The translations under genes and the position numbers were made by a program. This document shows positions 26,539-38,854 of a stretch of 64,000 bases of DNA, in pieces. The stretch comes from Eledone cirrhosa (Eukaryota): NCBI GenBank assembly GCA_964016885.1, contig OZ024745.1, forward strand, positions 83,390,001 through 83,454,000. The letters run 5' to 3'. The notes below the pieces were generated by a model. The model ran no database searches and was not told the origin of the DNA. It worked only from the letters and a program-made list of their open reading frames with translations. Position 1 is the stretch's first letter. Every line of letters starts with the position of its first letter.

Positions 26539-27987
26539 CTTGATAGTTATCAAATAATATTTTAGAAGTATGGAGTTAATAGTTATCAAATAATATTTTA
26601 GAAGTATGGAGTTAATGGAGCCGGTGTACTTTGGCTTGAGGTACCTAGGTTGCATTGAAATTCCTGTGAGTTTGGTACCGATAGGACATTTATATCTTTC
26701 TTTGAAACATTTCTCTCAATTATCTATAAGAACTGGGCAAAGAAGAGGGTTAATCAAATTTGTATCCTCACACGGATTTGCTTGTAAACTAGCCTTTGCT
26801 CTATTTCATATATGACTTGACGCACTAAATCTCGTATCAACATTTATAATGGTATAAAGCCTAAATGGAAGTTTAGAATTAATATTGACTAAATAATCGT
26901 TAGGCCATGTGACGTTTGAAACTTATAACTGAACCTCCTGTCAGCTAGCTATGCTGTGTAAGCATATGAATGTCAGAAACACTTTCTATAATATTCGTTG
27001 CGAAGTTTTCACTTCTTCATTAAACCTAAACTCTGACGCGAAATAATATGCTTGTCATCGTTTTCAGTTTTATTACGGATTTCTAAATATAATTCCCTTT
27101 ACCTAAATCATCCTTTACTGTCACATTGATAATTTGATTTTTATATAACATTATAAGCTAACTAATTGAAATTTTCTTTTAAAAATGTCTTTTCTAAACG
27201 CTGGCTATATTATTTGTACCTTTATAATGCATAGTATAGTCATGTAACTCCTCAATTTTGGTTTAACATTCTCATGTTCTCCACGTCATACCTTTTATTG
27301 ATTTATATCGCTGAATGTTTTAGTTATCTTCTAATACACCCACTCTATAATATATCAGTAATTCCTTTTCATTGCTTCAATTATAAGACATTATTAACTC
27401 CATTAAATTAACCTAAAGCAGTCAATGTTAGCTACGGTTTCAGCTAATATATCCAATGTTGTCAAGACTATATACAATACATTTGGTTAGTGAAACAAAA
27501 ATACTCGGTATAGATAGTTTTTCTTTTAGTCATATTCATTTTTATTTCGATACTAATGATCTTTGTAATGTGCACTTCAACACTCCTTCCCCATTTTCCG
27601 GTCTGGTCTGAACTTTTGCCATACTCATTGCTGAAGGTTAACCATGGATAATAGCACTAATATATGATGTTCTATGTTCCTAATTCTCATCGGGAAAAAA
27701 GTAACGTCGGTGGATCTCTCTCTTGAGTTCTTTCTCTGTCTGATGTTTTGATATCTCCCCGTTATTTTTCCTCTGTTCTCTTTTCTATTTGCTTTCTTCT
27801 TTTTCTTTATCTATCCTTCCCTTTCTTTTCTCCACGTTTTTCTCTCTCTCTCTCTCCATCTTTTTACTTACTCTTAACACTATGACTTACTAAAGTAAAC
27901 AAACCACTATCCGGATGGCCTCCAAAAACAACGGTCACCTTTTTGAAAGGGTACGTCAATATCTATTTGTAAAACTGTTATATATTG

Positions 27988-28052
27988 TATTTTGTCTGAT
28001 GAAGGCATACCATGATTTAACTTGGTATCCTTGAAATATATATAATGAAATA
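27988..28052 (+). ncRNA. Type I hammerhead ribozyme in a Penelope-type pLTR
   Basis: Stem I TATTTTGT/ATGAAATA; CTGATGA at 27996-28002; stem II AGGCATACC..GGTATCCTT; GAAA; palindromic TATATA; UA cleavage site. Homologous copies at 38435-38499 and 38855-38919. Confidence 0.8.
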
Positions 28053-28088
28053 AATATGGTTTTATAAATATAGTTTCCATTTATTAAT

Positions 28089-28126
<38 letters not shown>

Positions 28127-28911
28127 GTATAGGATTACCCAAGATGTAGTAATGGTTAATTACTACACTGGATATGGTTGACGTCCGGTGAGAGGTTACT
28201 CTACGAGTTATGGAAGAATTGTTGAAGAAACTTAGTTCCTGATCCTTCTGTATTCCGGAGTGTATATAAAGAATGAATAATAACAGGTAGACATCATAAA
28301 AAGGTAATTTATTCCGTGTGCTTACAAATTTTTCCATGGTGGTACTACAGTCTAGTTATGCTATGTGCAAATTTACAAGTATTTGCAGAACTCAAATATC
28401 CAATGCTGTTACCACTGTATCCTCAGAGCAGAATGGTAAAATGTACAATATAAATACCCTTAAGTGGGGTTGTTGCGGAGTAGAAAAGGAAGAAAGAACA
28501 GTAGGGGAGAGGGAGAGAGAGAGAAAGATATGCAGGGGTTGGAGAAGTAGGAGAGAGTGGTTTGTAGATATCTTAATCAAAATGTTATGGTAGGGGTTTT
28601 ATTATACTGGTTACTTTTGGAGAGATGCGTTGATAGTTAAGGTCGGAATTATTTATTGCCCCAGAGGGAAAGTTCATAGATGTGGAGAGGGAGGTCGGCC
28701 AAAGGCGAGAGAGAGAGTGTAATGGTTGTAGAGAGAGAGGTAGAGAGGGGACAGACGAAGTTTATGTGGTGAGTGAACTTTGGGTTTGTAGTAGTAATCT
28801 GTGAATTGCACTGAGTTACCATTTATAGTGATAAGCAGTGTATTGTCTTTTAGTGTGGGGGAAGAGAAGGTGGTTAGCTAGAAAGCGATGTTATAGTTAC
28901 GGGTTCGAATG

Positions 28912-31020
28912 TTAAGTTATTTTATAGTGAGAGAATTTAGCTTTTAGTTTGTGGTTGCAGTATAATGATCGTTCAATTCTATCGTTAAGTAGTTTGTTTT
29001 TGGATTTTAATATGTAAAAGAGTTCAAGGTTACATAACCTGCAGTATTTCAATCCACTCCGATATGCACTTGCGCTGGAAAGTATATCCCATTTTAAGGT
29101 GAACTGTTGGTTGCGTTCACAGAGTTGCCAGGTCTTGTTGGTGAGCGTGGTCACAAAACGGTGATTAGGATGTTTGATTGAGAATCGATGACGGTACCAG
29201 CGAGATTTAAACGAGATGGTGGTAGATCCGATATAATACCATTTCTGGTCGTTCGATTCAACCGTGCATTGGTAAACAATGTTGGACTTCAGGCATTCAT
29301 TCTTCAATGGACATCTTTCAGGTAGATGGCAGTTACATTCTTTGTTGTGGGTAGCGGGTATACCATGGATAGGTTGTGATAGCGGTACAGGTGGATTGTG
29401 TAATAACCGTCTCCCATTTAGTGGTTGGGAGGCAGATATTACGTTCTGCCCATCTGTTACTAAAATGTTTTGTTTTGTAGAGTTGTTTAATTGCCTTAAG
29501 TTAAGTTTTGTTATGTATGCTTCAAGGTTTGGTGCCGTGGAGTATGATAGTCTAATAGTTTTAGAGTTCAGAATTTTGCTGTGGTATGGCAACTAGGGAA
29601 ATGTTTGTTGATTAACTTAAAGAATGAAAGAGATAGTTTTGTACTAATCGAGGCATTAAATATAGGATTGTACCAGATATACTTTCTACAACGTGATTTA
29701 TTTGGTGGTGATTTTCTGTTATTAGTATGTCTGGTAGTACTGTGTGTGTGCGCTTGTATTTTAGTCCCCCGGTTACGTATTCCTTGATTTCGTGTAGAGC
29801 TATGTGTGTTATGGGAATTCCTATCAATGTATTCTATTGTATCCCGGTGGTCGGCATTCCTTAATGCATTCAGCGTGTTCACTAAAAATATCAGAGTTAG
29901 ACGATAGGCGAGAGATTCTAAGAGAAATACTCCGGGGAACTGATTTGATCATGGAGAGTGGGTGGTTTGAGTTAAAGTTAATATACGTAAGGTTCTCATT
30001 CATCTTGTGGAAGGGTCGTATCTTTCCGGTATTTAAATTAAGAGTTACGTCCAGAAAGTTTACTACTTTAAGATTGTATTCGTATGTTATTTTTAGACCC
30101 AGTTCACTAAAAGATTTTCTAATATTTTTCCGTAGCCTTTCAAGATTTTGGTTGTTCAAGTTATTAACTAATAAGAGCCCGTCATCTCTGTATATCCCCC
30201 CTGTAGATTACTAAATTTACTATGTAATATGTGGGCTATGTAAATTACCACGAGATCCGTGACCTCCGCTGAGTCGTTGGAACCCATGGTAATGTCGAAA
30301 TTTGTGGGTCTGTCCTTACGTTCCCAGTAGCAGTTATCAATCTCAATAATGTTTTTCTAGCCTCGAGAATAATATTAATTTCGTCCTCCGTTAGGTCGGA
30401 ATTGACCTTAGCAAACGATAGGGCCTTACGTAAAGTGCTTGGTGAGATGGAAGAGTAGTATTCTTCTATGTCAAATTGTATAAACTTAGATTTATTCTTA
30501 TTCTTAACGTTATTAAACCAGCGAATTGCTTCGCGAGTGTTGCCCCATAATTTAATTTCAATTTTCTTTTTCACTTGAGTTATTACTCTGTCAAGTATAT
30601 GTTTGCTAATTTTTCCTATGTCTGATTTAGAAGGGCATATAAGTCTAATCTTAGGGTTAGAGTCAAAATTTACCTTATGGTCCTTCAGGTTGAAGGTAGC
30701 GGGTATAATCGGCTCGGTTCTATCGTCTATCTTGAGATTCTTCACCACTTTATATGCCTCGTTATTAATATTTGCTAGCGTAGTTTCATTTGTTTTTCAA
30801 TATTTTTTTGTGTAATTCGTTGCGTATGAAGTTATTGTACGTATCGATATCCATGGTATACACGTTAGAGGTCTAGTCAGCTTTCACAACAATTCCATTG
30901 GTATTTTGCAATCTTCGGAGTAGTGCTTTCATGTTGCTCTGCAACTCATTATTTCTATGTTTGTTGAACTTAATGTTCATGGTCGTTTTCATTAAATCTT
31001 GTTCGATGCGTTGAACGAGT
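28912..31020 (-). mobile_element. Penelope-like element, frameshifted (RT + GIY-YIG endonuclease)
   Basis: LKDHKVNFDSNPKIRLICPSKSDIGKISK, FIQFDIEEYYSSI, GGIYRDDGL (~30180-30200), VNFLDVTLNL, NHPLSMIKS, IWYNPIF, and CNC..CPL..CLKSNIVYQC..YYIGST..FKSRWYRH. Confidence 0.93.
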
Positions 31021-31248
31021 GTGACTTTTTAGTCCAGCCAGCGACTTGAAAACTCTGGTACAAACACTACACTTGTGACAATTACTGACACATAGTGCTG
31101 GGCCCATGGTACCATGTGATGACAAGTGCAGAGAGATCTCCAGATATAAAGCAATGCCTGTGCCGTGAAGCTTTTATAGTGAGCAAAGGCACTGCACAAA
31201 GCCAGTCCCACTCTCGTAATCAAGATGATATTTACCAAAAATGATATT

Positions 31249-31291
<43 letters not shown>

Positions 31292-31294
<3 letters not shown>

Positions 31295-31650
31295 TAGTAA
31301 ATTTGTATTCCAATGTTCCGGAACCAACAAATGGTATTACGTCGGATGTACCGCAACCTCTTTCAAGGCTCGCCTATACCAACATCGATCTTCGATCAGG
31401 CACGAGAAAATGCGCTCCGTAACAACCCTCGCCGATAAAGCCTGGCAGCTCCGGAGGAACAATCAAGCATTCTCCCTTAATTGGCAAATTATCGTATTGC
31501 GCCTGCATATAAGCAAAATCATCGATTCTGCAAGTTATGCATTTTGGAGATATACTGCATTTTAACGTCGGTAAACAAACTTTTGAACAGCAAAATTGAA
31601 CGTTCTCTATACTGTAACCATCGTTTGAAAACGACTTTTTCTTTTTTTAA
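31292..31650 (+). mobile_element. Penelope-like 3' fragment (GIY-YIG), head-to-head with 28912-31020
   Basis: Frameshifted KWYYVGCTATSFKARLYQHRSSIRH..TTLADKAWQL..FCKLCILE..KLLNSKIERSLYCNH, homologous to ORF 28912-29592. The 3' UTR runs to ~32200. Confidence 0.85.
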
Positions 31651-32061
31651 ATGCATATAATGTTACCTTTTTACACCACCGTTTGCAAATTTCTGTTTTA
31701 TATGTTTATACACAAGATATGGCTTTCTATAATAATAGTACTAAACACTGTTTTCTGGACCCCTTTAGAAATAACCTGCTACTATAATAGCCCCAATAAC
31801 TTGTCTGTGACACTGTACCATTTTGACCCCTATAACTAAATGTTGTCCGAACAACACCACTAGAAGAATTTACTTCCCCCGCCAACCCTAACACGCCTCA
31901 TTAAGCTAACTGCTGCCAAAACATTCTCTCCTTACAATCTCTACTAGTCTGACAGTCTTAAATCCTAAGACTCCCTCCACCTTACTCACTTCCTTCTCTT
32001 CCTACCTCCTTCCTTATCTTTTATCTAGTGTATAAAATATTTTCATATCATTCCAATACAA

Positions 32062-32178
32062 AGGTCTGACGACATGGTGTGTTTGCTTACAGTGTACCTT
32101 CGGTTTATGATAATATTTTTATATTATTCAAATAGCGAGGTATAGGTAACCCATACACTATAGAAACAATTGTTACCT
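32062..32178 (+). ncRNA. Type I hammerhead ribozyme with an extended stem II, at the 3' end of the Penelope fragment
   Basis: AGGT-CTGACGA-(CATGGTGTG...CATACACTATA)-GAAAC-AATT-GT-T-ACCT, followed immediately by AATAAA. Confidence 0.7.
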
Positions 32179-32219
32179 AATAAATTCTGTATACCCGCAT
32201 TTCCATTTCATAAACTTCT

Positions 32220-32283
<64 letters not shown>

Positions 32284-32615
32284 TATATATATATATATAC
32301 ATATATATATAAATATATATACATATATATACATATATATATATATATGTGTGTGTGTGTGTATGTAAAAGGTAAACATAAATAACAACACAATCGGTAC
32401 AGTTTATGGAAGGTATAAGTTAGGTTAACGCTATATATATATATATATATATATATATAAGTAAGATGTATGGTAGGTCGTATGTGAATCGCGATGATCA
32501 CATCTGACTTACCAAATATGTGACGGTAGTTAGTTAAGCTCTATGCGTATACGCAGAGCAGAAATATTAGTGAAAAAGAACAAAGGAACTATTATGACAT
32601 TATAACAAGTTTATT

Positions 32616-32660
32616 GCCGACAGCCGTTTCGTCCGACCCCATGGTGGGACTTATCAAGGC
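32616..32660 (-). ncRNA. Degenerate hammerhead ribozyme
   Basis: Minus strand GCC-TTGATAA-GTCC..GGAC-GAAAC-GGCT-GTC-GGC. Stems I-III pair, but the core differs from CTGATGA by two transitions. Confidence 0.55.
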
Positions 32661-33603
32661 ATATAACATGTGATTGCAAGATCATTGTTTACATCAACGT
32701 ATCACTCAAGGCTAGTAGTTTGAAATTGTTGTATACATCAGCAACTCCGCTTGTATAGTTGGGGTCAATATTCTAAGGGGGGCTCTTTTATATTAGTTGT
32801 CGGGGTCAGGGATTGAAGTTTAAAAATTAGACAAAAATATATAATTTACGCATCAACACTAAACTAAAAGACTTGGGGTCCCGTAGAAGCACCTTAGAAA
32901 ATCCCTCAACGAGTGCATAAAGCTTACAGGCTCCAATAAACCTATTAGACTAGAAGAAAATTAAGAGGCTAATAAAATAAGAAAATAAAAATATAAAGTT
33001 TCCCTAAAAAATATATAAAGTTCCTATGAAAATCTTCTAGAGAAAAGAAATTTTTTCCGAAAGAAAAAAACCTTCTTCCCCCGAGATCACGTTTACAAAA
33101 TTCAGAAAACTGAATTGAAAACTATGTTGAAAGAAACTAATCAATTAGAGGTTAATTCAGAGAGCCTTCCATAAATCTCTCAGAAAAGGCCCCTTTAATA
33201 TTTCCAATAGGAACTTCTTCCGAGAGACCCTTCGAAGAATTAAAATTTTAGAGAGCCTTTAAGGATAAATATAAAAACGAATTGAGGAAAATTATACATT
33301 AAAAGTTAAAAATTAAAAATTACGGTATTTGGGATATCCGAGGAATTTTCAAAGGGCTGCTTCAACAGATACAACTTAGGCATAATAGATACAATAATCT
33401 AAGCAATTTAAGTAATTTAATTAGGGAGCAATTCAAGGAGTTTATCAAGTTGGGCAAGATTGAAGAAAGTGGTAACTAAGAAAATACATAAGCAAAAAGA
33501 CAATAACTATAAAATATATCTTTAAGAAGGTATAAGGTAGCTTCAGTGATTTAACCATGTATTATCACAAAAAAAACATTCTAAAAGTATTGATACAGGA
33601 TTA

Positions 33604-33770
33604 AAAATTATTACAAAATTATTACAAAATTACCACAAAATCATTACAAAGTTATCAAATCATCACAAAATTACCACAAAATCATTACAAAATTATCAAA
33701 TTATCATAAAATTATCGCAAAATTATTACAAAATTATCATAAAATTATTACAAAATTATCACAAAGTTAT
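33604..33770. repeat. ~11-bp minisatellite (AAAATTATTAC/AAAATTATCAC variants)
   Basis: Directly visible tandem degenerate repeat. Confidence 0.85.
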
Positions 33771-34274
33771 TGATACAGGATCAACTAAGACAACAATATA
33801 TATTCCTGCCCAATCAACAAGTAATCAGAACACTATTAACGGTCAGGCAAAATTAGCTCAGGGATATCCCGCGCTCGGATACTTTACACACACACAGCAA
33901 CACATAGGACTAGCACAGACACATATATATATATAGTAATAATAATAAATTTGAAGACTAAAATCCAAAGAGGGCTCAATAAGGATAAATATATATCAAA
34001 TATATAAGAACCGTAGAGCAAATATTTATTAAAATAACAGATTAAAGTTTAAGCAAAGAATCGCTGCTTTCACTCTTAACGGGATCTTCTGAAACTAACA
34101 AAGTCAATCTGTAAACGCAGAAGTGGATATTTCAAAAAACGTTGCAACCGGAGGAAGACAGGAAGACGATACTTTGGTTCGTGGAAACGTTTGCTATGCA
34201 AATAAGTAATGTTATAAAGAAAACATATACTTAGCTCCCACATCAAGACGTAAAATATCCACGTATAGATCGTA

Positions 34275-35945
34275 CTATCCGTTAGGGTATAACGTGGGGC
34301 TGTAATACAGGAAAGTTTTGTGCAATTTATGTTTACAAGCCGAAATTGCCTCAGATTCTTTGTTTAAGATGTGGTCTGTGGCGTAGAGTATTTCCAGGGC
34401 CCCAGCGGCGCAGAGGTCACATGGTCTTTTATTTCCGTTATACGATCTAGCCCTAGCTAGGATCACCCAGTATAACTTATATTGGGTGTGGTTGTCTTTT
34501 AGACTCCAGATATAAGCTGAAAGTGACGTCATATTCCTTCTTAGAGCGTAACGAAAAGAATGGGTATGCATGTAAAGACGCTGCTTGAATCTATTGGCGG
34601 TTAACCCTATGTAGGCCCTACGGGACGTGGGTGTTACAACCTTACATTTGTAGACAATGTTACTAGAGAGGCATTTCCCGGATAGGGGGCAATCAACCCG
34701 ATTCCTACAATTACAGTTAGTACTAACTACAGGGTTGCACGTGTTCCTACGGCTAGGTAGTTTAGCTAAATTTGAAGCTGTGATGTTATGTGCAAGGTTA
34801 GGAGTCGTAGAGTAAGAAATGTTAATAGTATTTCTATTAAAAATTTTACTATATTTATGTGTAGGGGGAAAATGCTTCGTAATAAGGGGAAGACAGATCT
34901 TAGATAATGATGTGGCCACCTCCATATTATATCGTGGGTTATACCAACAAATGCAACGGGATCTATTTCTTCTAGGTCTATTTTCGTACTCTGTATATGC
35001 TACCTTATCGACAAATCCACTTCGAGCAAGAGCTTCATTGTAATAAGTGTAATGGTCGTTGAAAATACGCTCGTTTGTGGAAAGACGGGAAAGCCTCAAC
35101 GAAACGTTTCTTACCAGGTTTTTGGTTATGCTGGCAGGATGGTTGGAATGCTTACTTATGTAATTAAGCGTATCATTCGACTTTATATACGGGTAATACA
35201 ACCCATTCAATAAATTGAGGGTAACGTCGAGGTAATTAACGACCGAGAGATTGGCCTCAACCTGTATAGAGAGGTTGAAGCCTTTAAAGAATGCTGTGAG
35301 CTCTTTTCTGAACCTGTCGCAAGCACGAGGTCCGCACTTAGTCATGGTCAAAAGACCATCGTCACGGTACAAACCACCGCCCGCGTAAGGGAATTCATCC
35401 TTGATAAAGAAAAGAAGGAAAAGGCCGATAAGATCAGTAACCTCCGCAGAATCACTGGCGCCCATACTCACGTCGAATGGGGTACTATTGGATTTTTTAA
35501 TCCAAATAGAGTCGTCGAAATTAATCACCGACTTTCGGGCATTGAGGATGACATCAACTTCGAAATCCTTAACCACTGTGAGTGTTTTAGCGAAATTGAT
35601 AGCTCTAAGGAGAAGTGGTAAAGTGATGGAGGAGTAGTAATTGTTGATGTCGAATTGGATAAAACGGCAATGTTCCTTGTTACATATGCCGTTGAACCAA
35701 TCAATCCCTGCGAAAGAATTGTTCCACAGTGCAAGAGGGGCCAAACTTCTAATTTCAGGTTTAATTCTATCAAGAATCGTTTTACTAAGTCTGCCTAAAT
35801 CGGACTTCGTAGGGTTAATAAGCCGAATAGAGGGGTTGTTCGGAAAATTGGATTTGTGATCCTTCAGGGTAAAGCGAACGTTTCCGCAAAACAAAGTATC
35901 GTCTTCCTGTCTTCCTCCGGTTGCAACGTTTTTTGAAATATCCAC
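34275..35945 (-). CDS. Penelope-like RT + GIY-YIG ORF, uninterrupted over 556 aa (first ~24 aa come from the inverted pLTR)
   Basis: LKDHK..IRLINPTKSDLG, FIQFDINNYYSSI, MGASDSAEVTDLIG, GLYRDDGL, NYLDVTL, SNHP, WYNP, and CNC..CPL..NIVYKC..AYIGLT..FKQR. Confidence 0.93.
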   Translation of the reverse strand: MDISKNVATGGRQEDDTLFCGNVRFTLKDHKSNFPNNPSIRLINPTKSDLGRLSKTILDRIKPEIRSLAPLALWNNSFAGIDWFNGICNKEHCRFIQFDINNYYSSITLPLLLRAINFAKTLTVVKDFEVDVILNARKSVINFDDSIWIKKSNSTPFDVSMGASDSAEVTDLIGLFLLFFIKDEFPYAGGGLYRDDGLLTMTKCGPRACDRFRKELTAFFKGFNLSIQVEANLSVVNYLDVTLNLLNGLYYPYIKSNDTLNYISKHSNHPASITKNLVRNVSLRLSRLSTNERIFNDHYTYYNEALARSGFVDKVAYTEYENRPRRNRSRCICWYNPRYNMEVATSLSKICLPLITKHFPPTHKYSKIFNRNTINISYSTTPNLAHNITASNLAKLPSRRNTCNPVVSTNCNCRNRVDCPLSGKCLSSNIVYKCKVVTPTSRRAYIGLTANRFKQRLYMHTHSFRYALRRNMTSLSAYIWSLKDNHTQYKLYWVILARARSYNGNKRPCDLCAAGALEILYATDHILNKESEAISACKHKLHKTFLYYSPTLYPNG

Positions 35946-35961
35946 TTCTGCGTTTACAGAT

Positions 35962-36022
35962 TGACTTTGTTAGTTTCAGAAGATCCCGTTAAGGGTGAAA
36001 GTAGCGATTCTTTGCTTAAACT
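35962..36022 (+). ncRNA. Variant hammerhead (CAGAAGA core); sense-strand copy at ~34044-34096 (-)
   Basis: AGTTT-CAGAAGA-TCCC GTTAA GGGT-GAAA-GTA GCGATTCTT TGC-TT-AAACT. Confidence 0.65.
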
Positions 36023-36825
36023 TTAATCTGTCATTTTAATAAATATATATATATATATATATTACATTTGCATGGAACAGTGATTTGGGAGTCTGACTCC
36101 TCTTATAGAATGTTCAGTTATGACACCCCTTAATGGAAGGTAATCATCCTAATATATACACCCTTGTACTTCTTAATGGACAGCTCTCTAACCTATAAAT
36201 GGGAAACATACTCTAGAAATTAGTTGTAACTTCATATGATAGGCACGTATTTGAATCACCATTAATGTAGTTTAGGATAATAAATTTAACTAAGAAAACC
36301 AGCTAGTTACCTCCCCTTACGCTTTAATTCCCCTTAGTCAGTCAGACACTTCCGGAATCTAAACAACATGATCTATTAATTAAGAACCGTCAAGATACGC
36401 TTTATAACTTGATTATATGCTGAACCATCGTGAATTATACGATAGACACGTGTTCTATATATTGCGTCTCATGGATTATGTGAGTGGTGGTGTGAGCGAA
36501 AACAGTGGTACGCCTTTGCCTACGATACAATAAGGTTTATAATATGTTGAGAGTTTTTGATATTTTGGTGTTTCCCTGCTTCCGGGACTGTATATCATAC
36601 AGATGTATGCGAATAAATGACTTAATAATTCAGCCCACATAATAAGATCGATTGCCTGCTTCAACTGCCTGACCCTACAAATATCATTCTGACGCACTCT
36701 AATCATGTATAAATAAGACACGCGTGCATGCTACACGTGAGATTGTTTCATACACTGACTACTCTAAACTTTTCTCTTGCTTTATCTTCATAGACTGCCA
36801 ACGCTTCATGCTTATATTTATTTTC

Positions 36826-36885
36826 ATTTTTGTTTTTATTTTTATTTTTATTTTTATTTTTATTTTTATTTTTATTTTTATTTTC
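36826..36885. repeat. (TTTTTA)n repeat
   Basis: Directly visible. Confidence 0.95.
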
Positions 36886-37124
36886 ATCCTGTAACCTCTA
36901 TATGTAAATTGCCATGCTATATCATTTGATGAATGTCACCCCACTGTTGATCAATATGCCCATATGTTTTATATGTCTCTTGTGTTTTATATGTCTCTTG
37001 GGTTGAAAAGGAGGTCAAGTATGTTATAGATCAGTAAATAGTTGCTCCGAAGAATCCAAACCTCGGTTTGGAGGAAACAATTGTAAGCAAATAAATGACT
37101 TAAACTGAACTTTGATTATTGTAA

Positions 37125-37181
<57 letters not shown>

Positions 37182-37716
37182 GGCATTTGTACATTCTAAA
37201 TCGGAACAAATTGTGTGGTAGAGTAAAAAAACTGACTTTACTTAAACATCAAAATAAACAGTACTGAAGGGTAAATATTGAAGATAAATGTCACAAATAT
37301 CAGACATAGATATCGGTAAAATAAAATTATATATTGAAGAGACTTGTTTTTCTTTAGAATTTTTTAAACACTTTTTCCCACTGAAAATGTAAGCTAGAAT
37401 CAACATTCTTCAGTTAAAAAAAAAGAGAAAGGAATGAAACGTTCTGTCTTTTCCTTGAATGCAAATACGTTTTCTATCTTGTTTAACTTTTCTGATTGAA
37501 TTCTACAAGTTAACATTGGAGAAATTAGATACCATATTATTTTGTTGACTGAACAATCTTATAAAACTGTTTCTGTTGAAAATCTTTTAAAACACACGCA
37601 TACACACACACATACACACACATACACACACGCACAAACACACACGCACAAACACACACTAACACACATGCACGCACTCACACACACATATATATAAATC
37701 TCTCTCTCTCTCTCTC

Positions 37717-37785
<69 letters not shown>

Positions 37786-38357
37786 ATAAATTATCGAGAT
37801 TCGCATTTCGGCCCACGAAATAACGAAAAACAACCTCCGAGATGTGCGGCAAGTGCTCAATGATTTAGAAGAACCAGAGCTATAACAAACCTTAAAGGCC
37901 AAACACACTGAGACGATGGTTAAACAATTATTCGCATAGCCCCCCAAAAAAACTATCAAGTAATTCGGGTATTGAAAATTTACCCGGACCCCTGGAAGGT
38001 TGGTAAAATCCAGTATATGGGTTTCTGCGGTCCCTAAATCAAGTACCGTCCGCTTACACATATAATGTCAGGCTTCTGGTAAGATGATTGAACAAGGAAG
38101 CCACTTTCTCAACAAGTTTTAGTTCAATGCTAATACAAGGACTGACTATTGCTGACCCCACGTGGGGATCGGCAAGGGAGGTAACCCCTATATCTGGCGA
38201 ATGAATTCAGTTGTGTATATTCTTGCAAGAATGCAAAAACATCACAGATCGAATAGAGTTCTCAACAGAAGGGTTAAAATTAACATAAGCTATTCATCAG
38301 TCAATAGAATCAACTAAAAATCAAGAAAATTAACTGGTCAATAGCTAGAGTCTGGAG

Positions 38358-38395
<38 letters not shown>

Positions 38396-38434
38396 GATAT
38401 TAATAAATGGAAACTATATTTATAAAACCATATT

Positions 38435-38499
38435 TATTTCATTATACTTATTTCAGGGATACCAAATTAAATTATGGTATGCCTTCATCAGACAAAATA
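38435..38499 (-). ncRNA. Type I hammerhead ribozyme
   Basis: Reverse complement of 38855-38919. Confidence 0.75.
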
Positions 38500-38597
38500 C
38501 AATATATAACAGTTTTACAAATAAGCTTTGACGTACCCTTTTAAAATGCGACCATTATTTTTGGAAGCCATCTGGATAGATGGCTTCCAAAAATAAT

Positions 38598-38780
38598 TGT
38601 TTCTACTTTAGGCACAAGGCCAGCAATTACCAGTGCATTACTGGTACTTTATTTTATCGACCCCGTAAGGATGAAAGGCAAAGTCAACCTCGGCGGGATT
38701 TGAACTCAGATGGTAAAGGGACGTAACTATGCTGGAAAGCATGGCGTCCGACCCTCTACCGATACTGCCAATCCACCGCC
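38598..38780 (-). mobile_element. SINE family 1 with 18-bp TSD
   Basis: TSD ATGGCTTCCAAAAATAAT at 38580-38597 and 38783-38800. Confidence 0.95.
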
Positions 38781-38854
38781 CAATGGCTTCCAAAAATAAT
38801 GGTCGCATTTTAAAAGGGTACGTCAAAGCTTATTTGTAAAACTGTTATATATTG

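Larger units (their letters stand above)
33935..36043 (-). mobile_element. 5'-truncated Penelope-like element with 3' pLTR and an inverted pLTR copy at its 5' end, flanked by (TA)n
   Basis: 34024-34195 is the reverse complement of ~35873-36043. (TA)n lies on both sides. Confidence 0.93.

Noticed and set aside
32700-33600. Possible Penelope N-terminal coding remnant
   Set aside because: Only a vague resemblance and no ORF, which is not enough to annotate.
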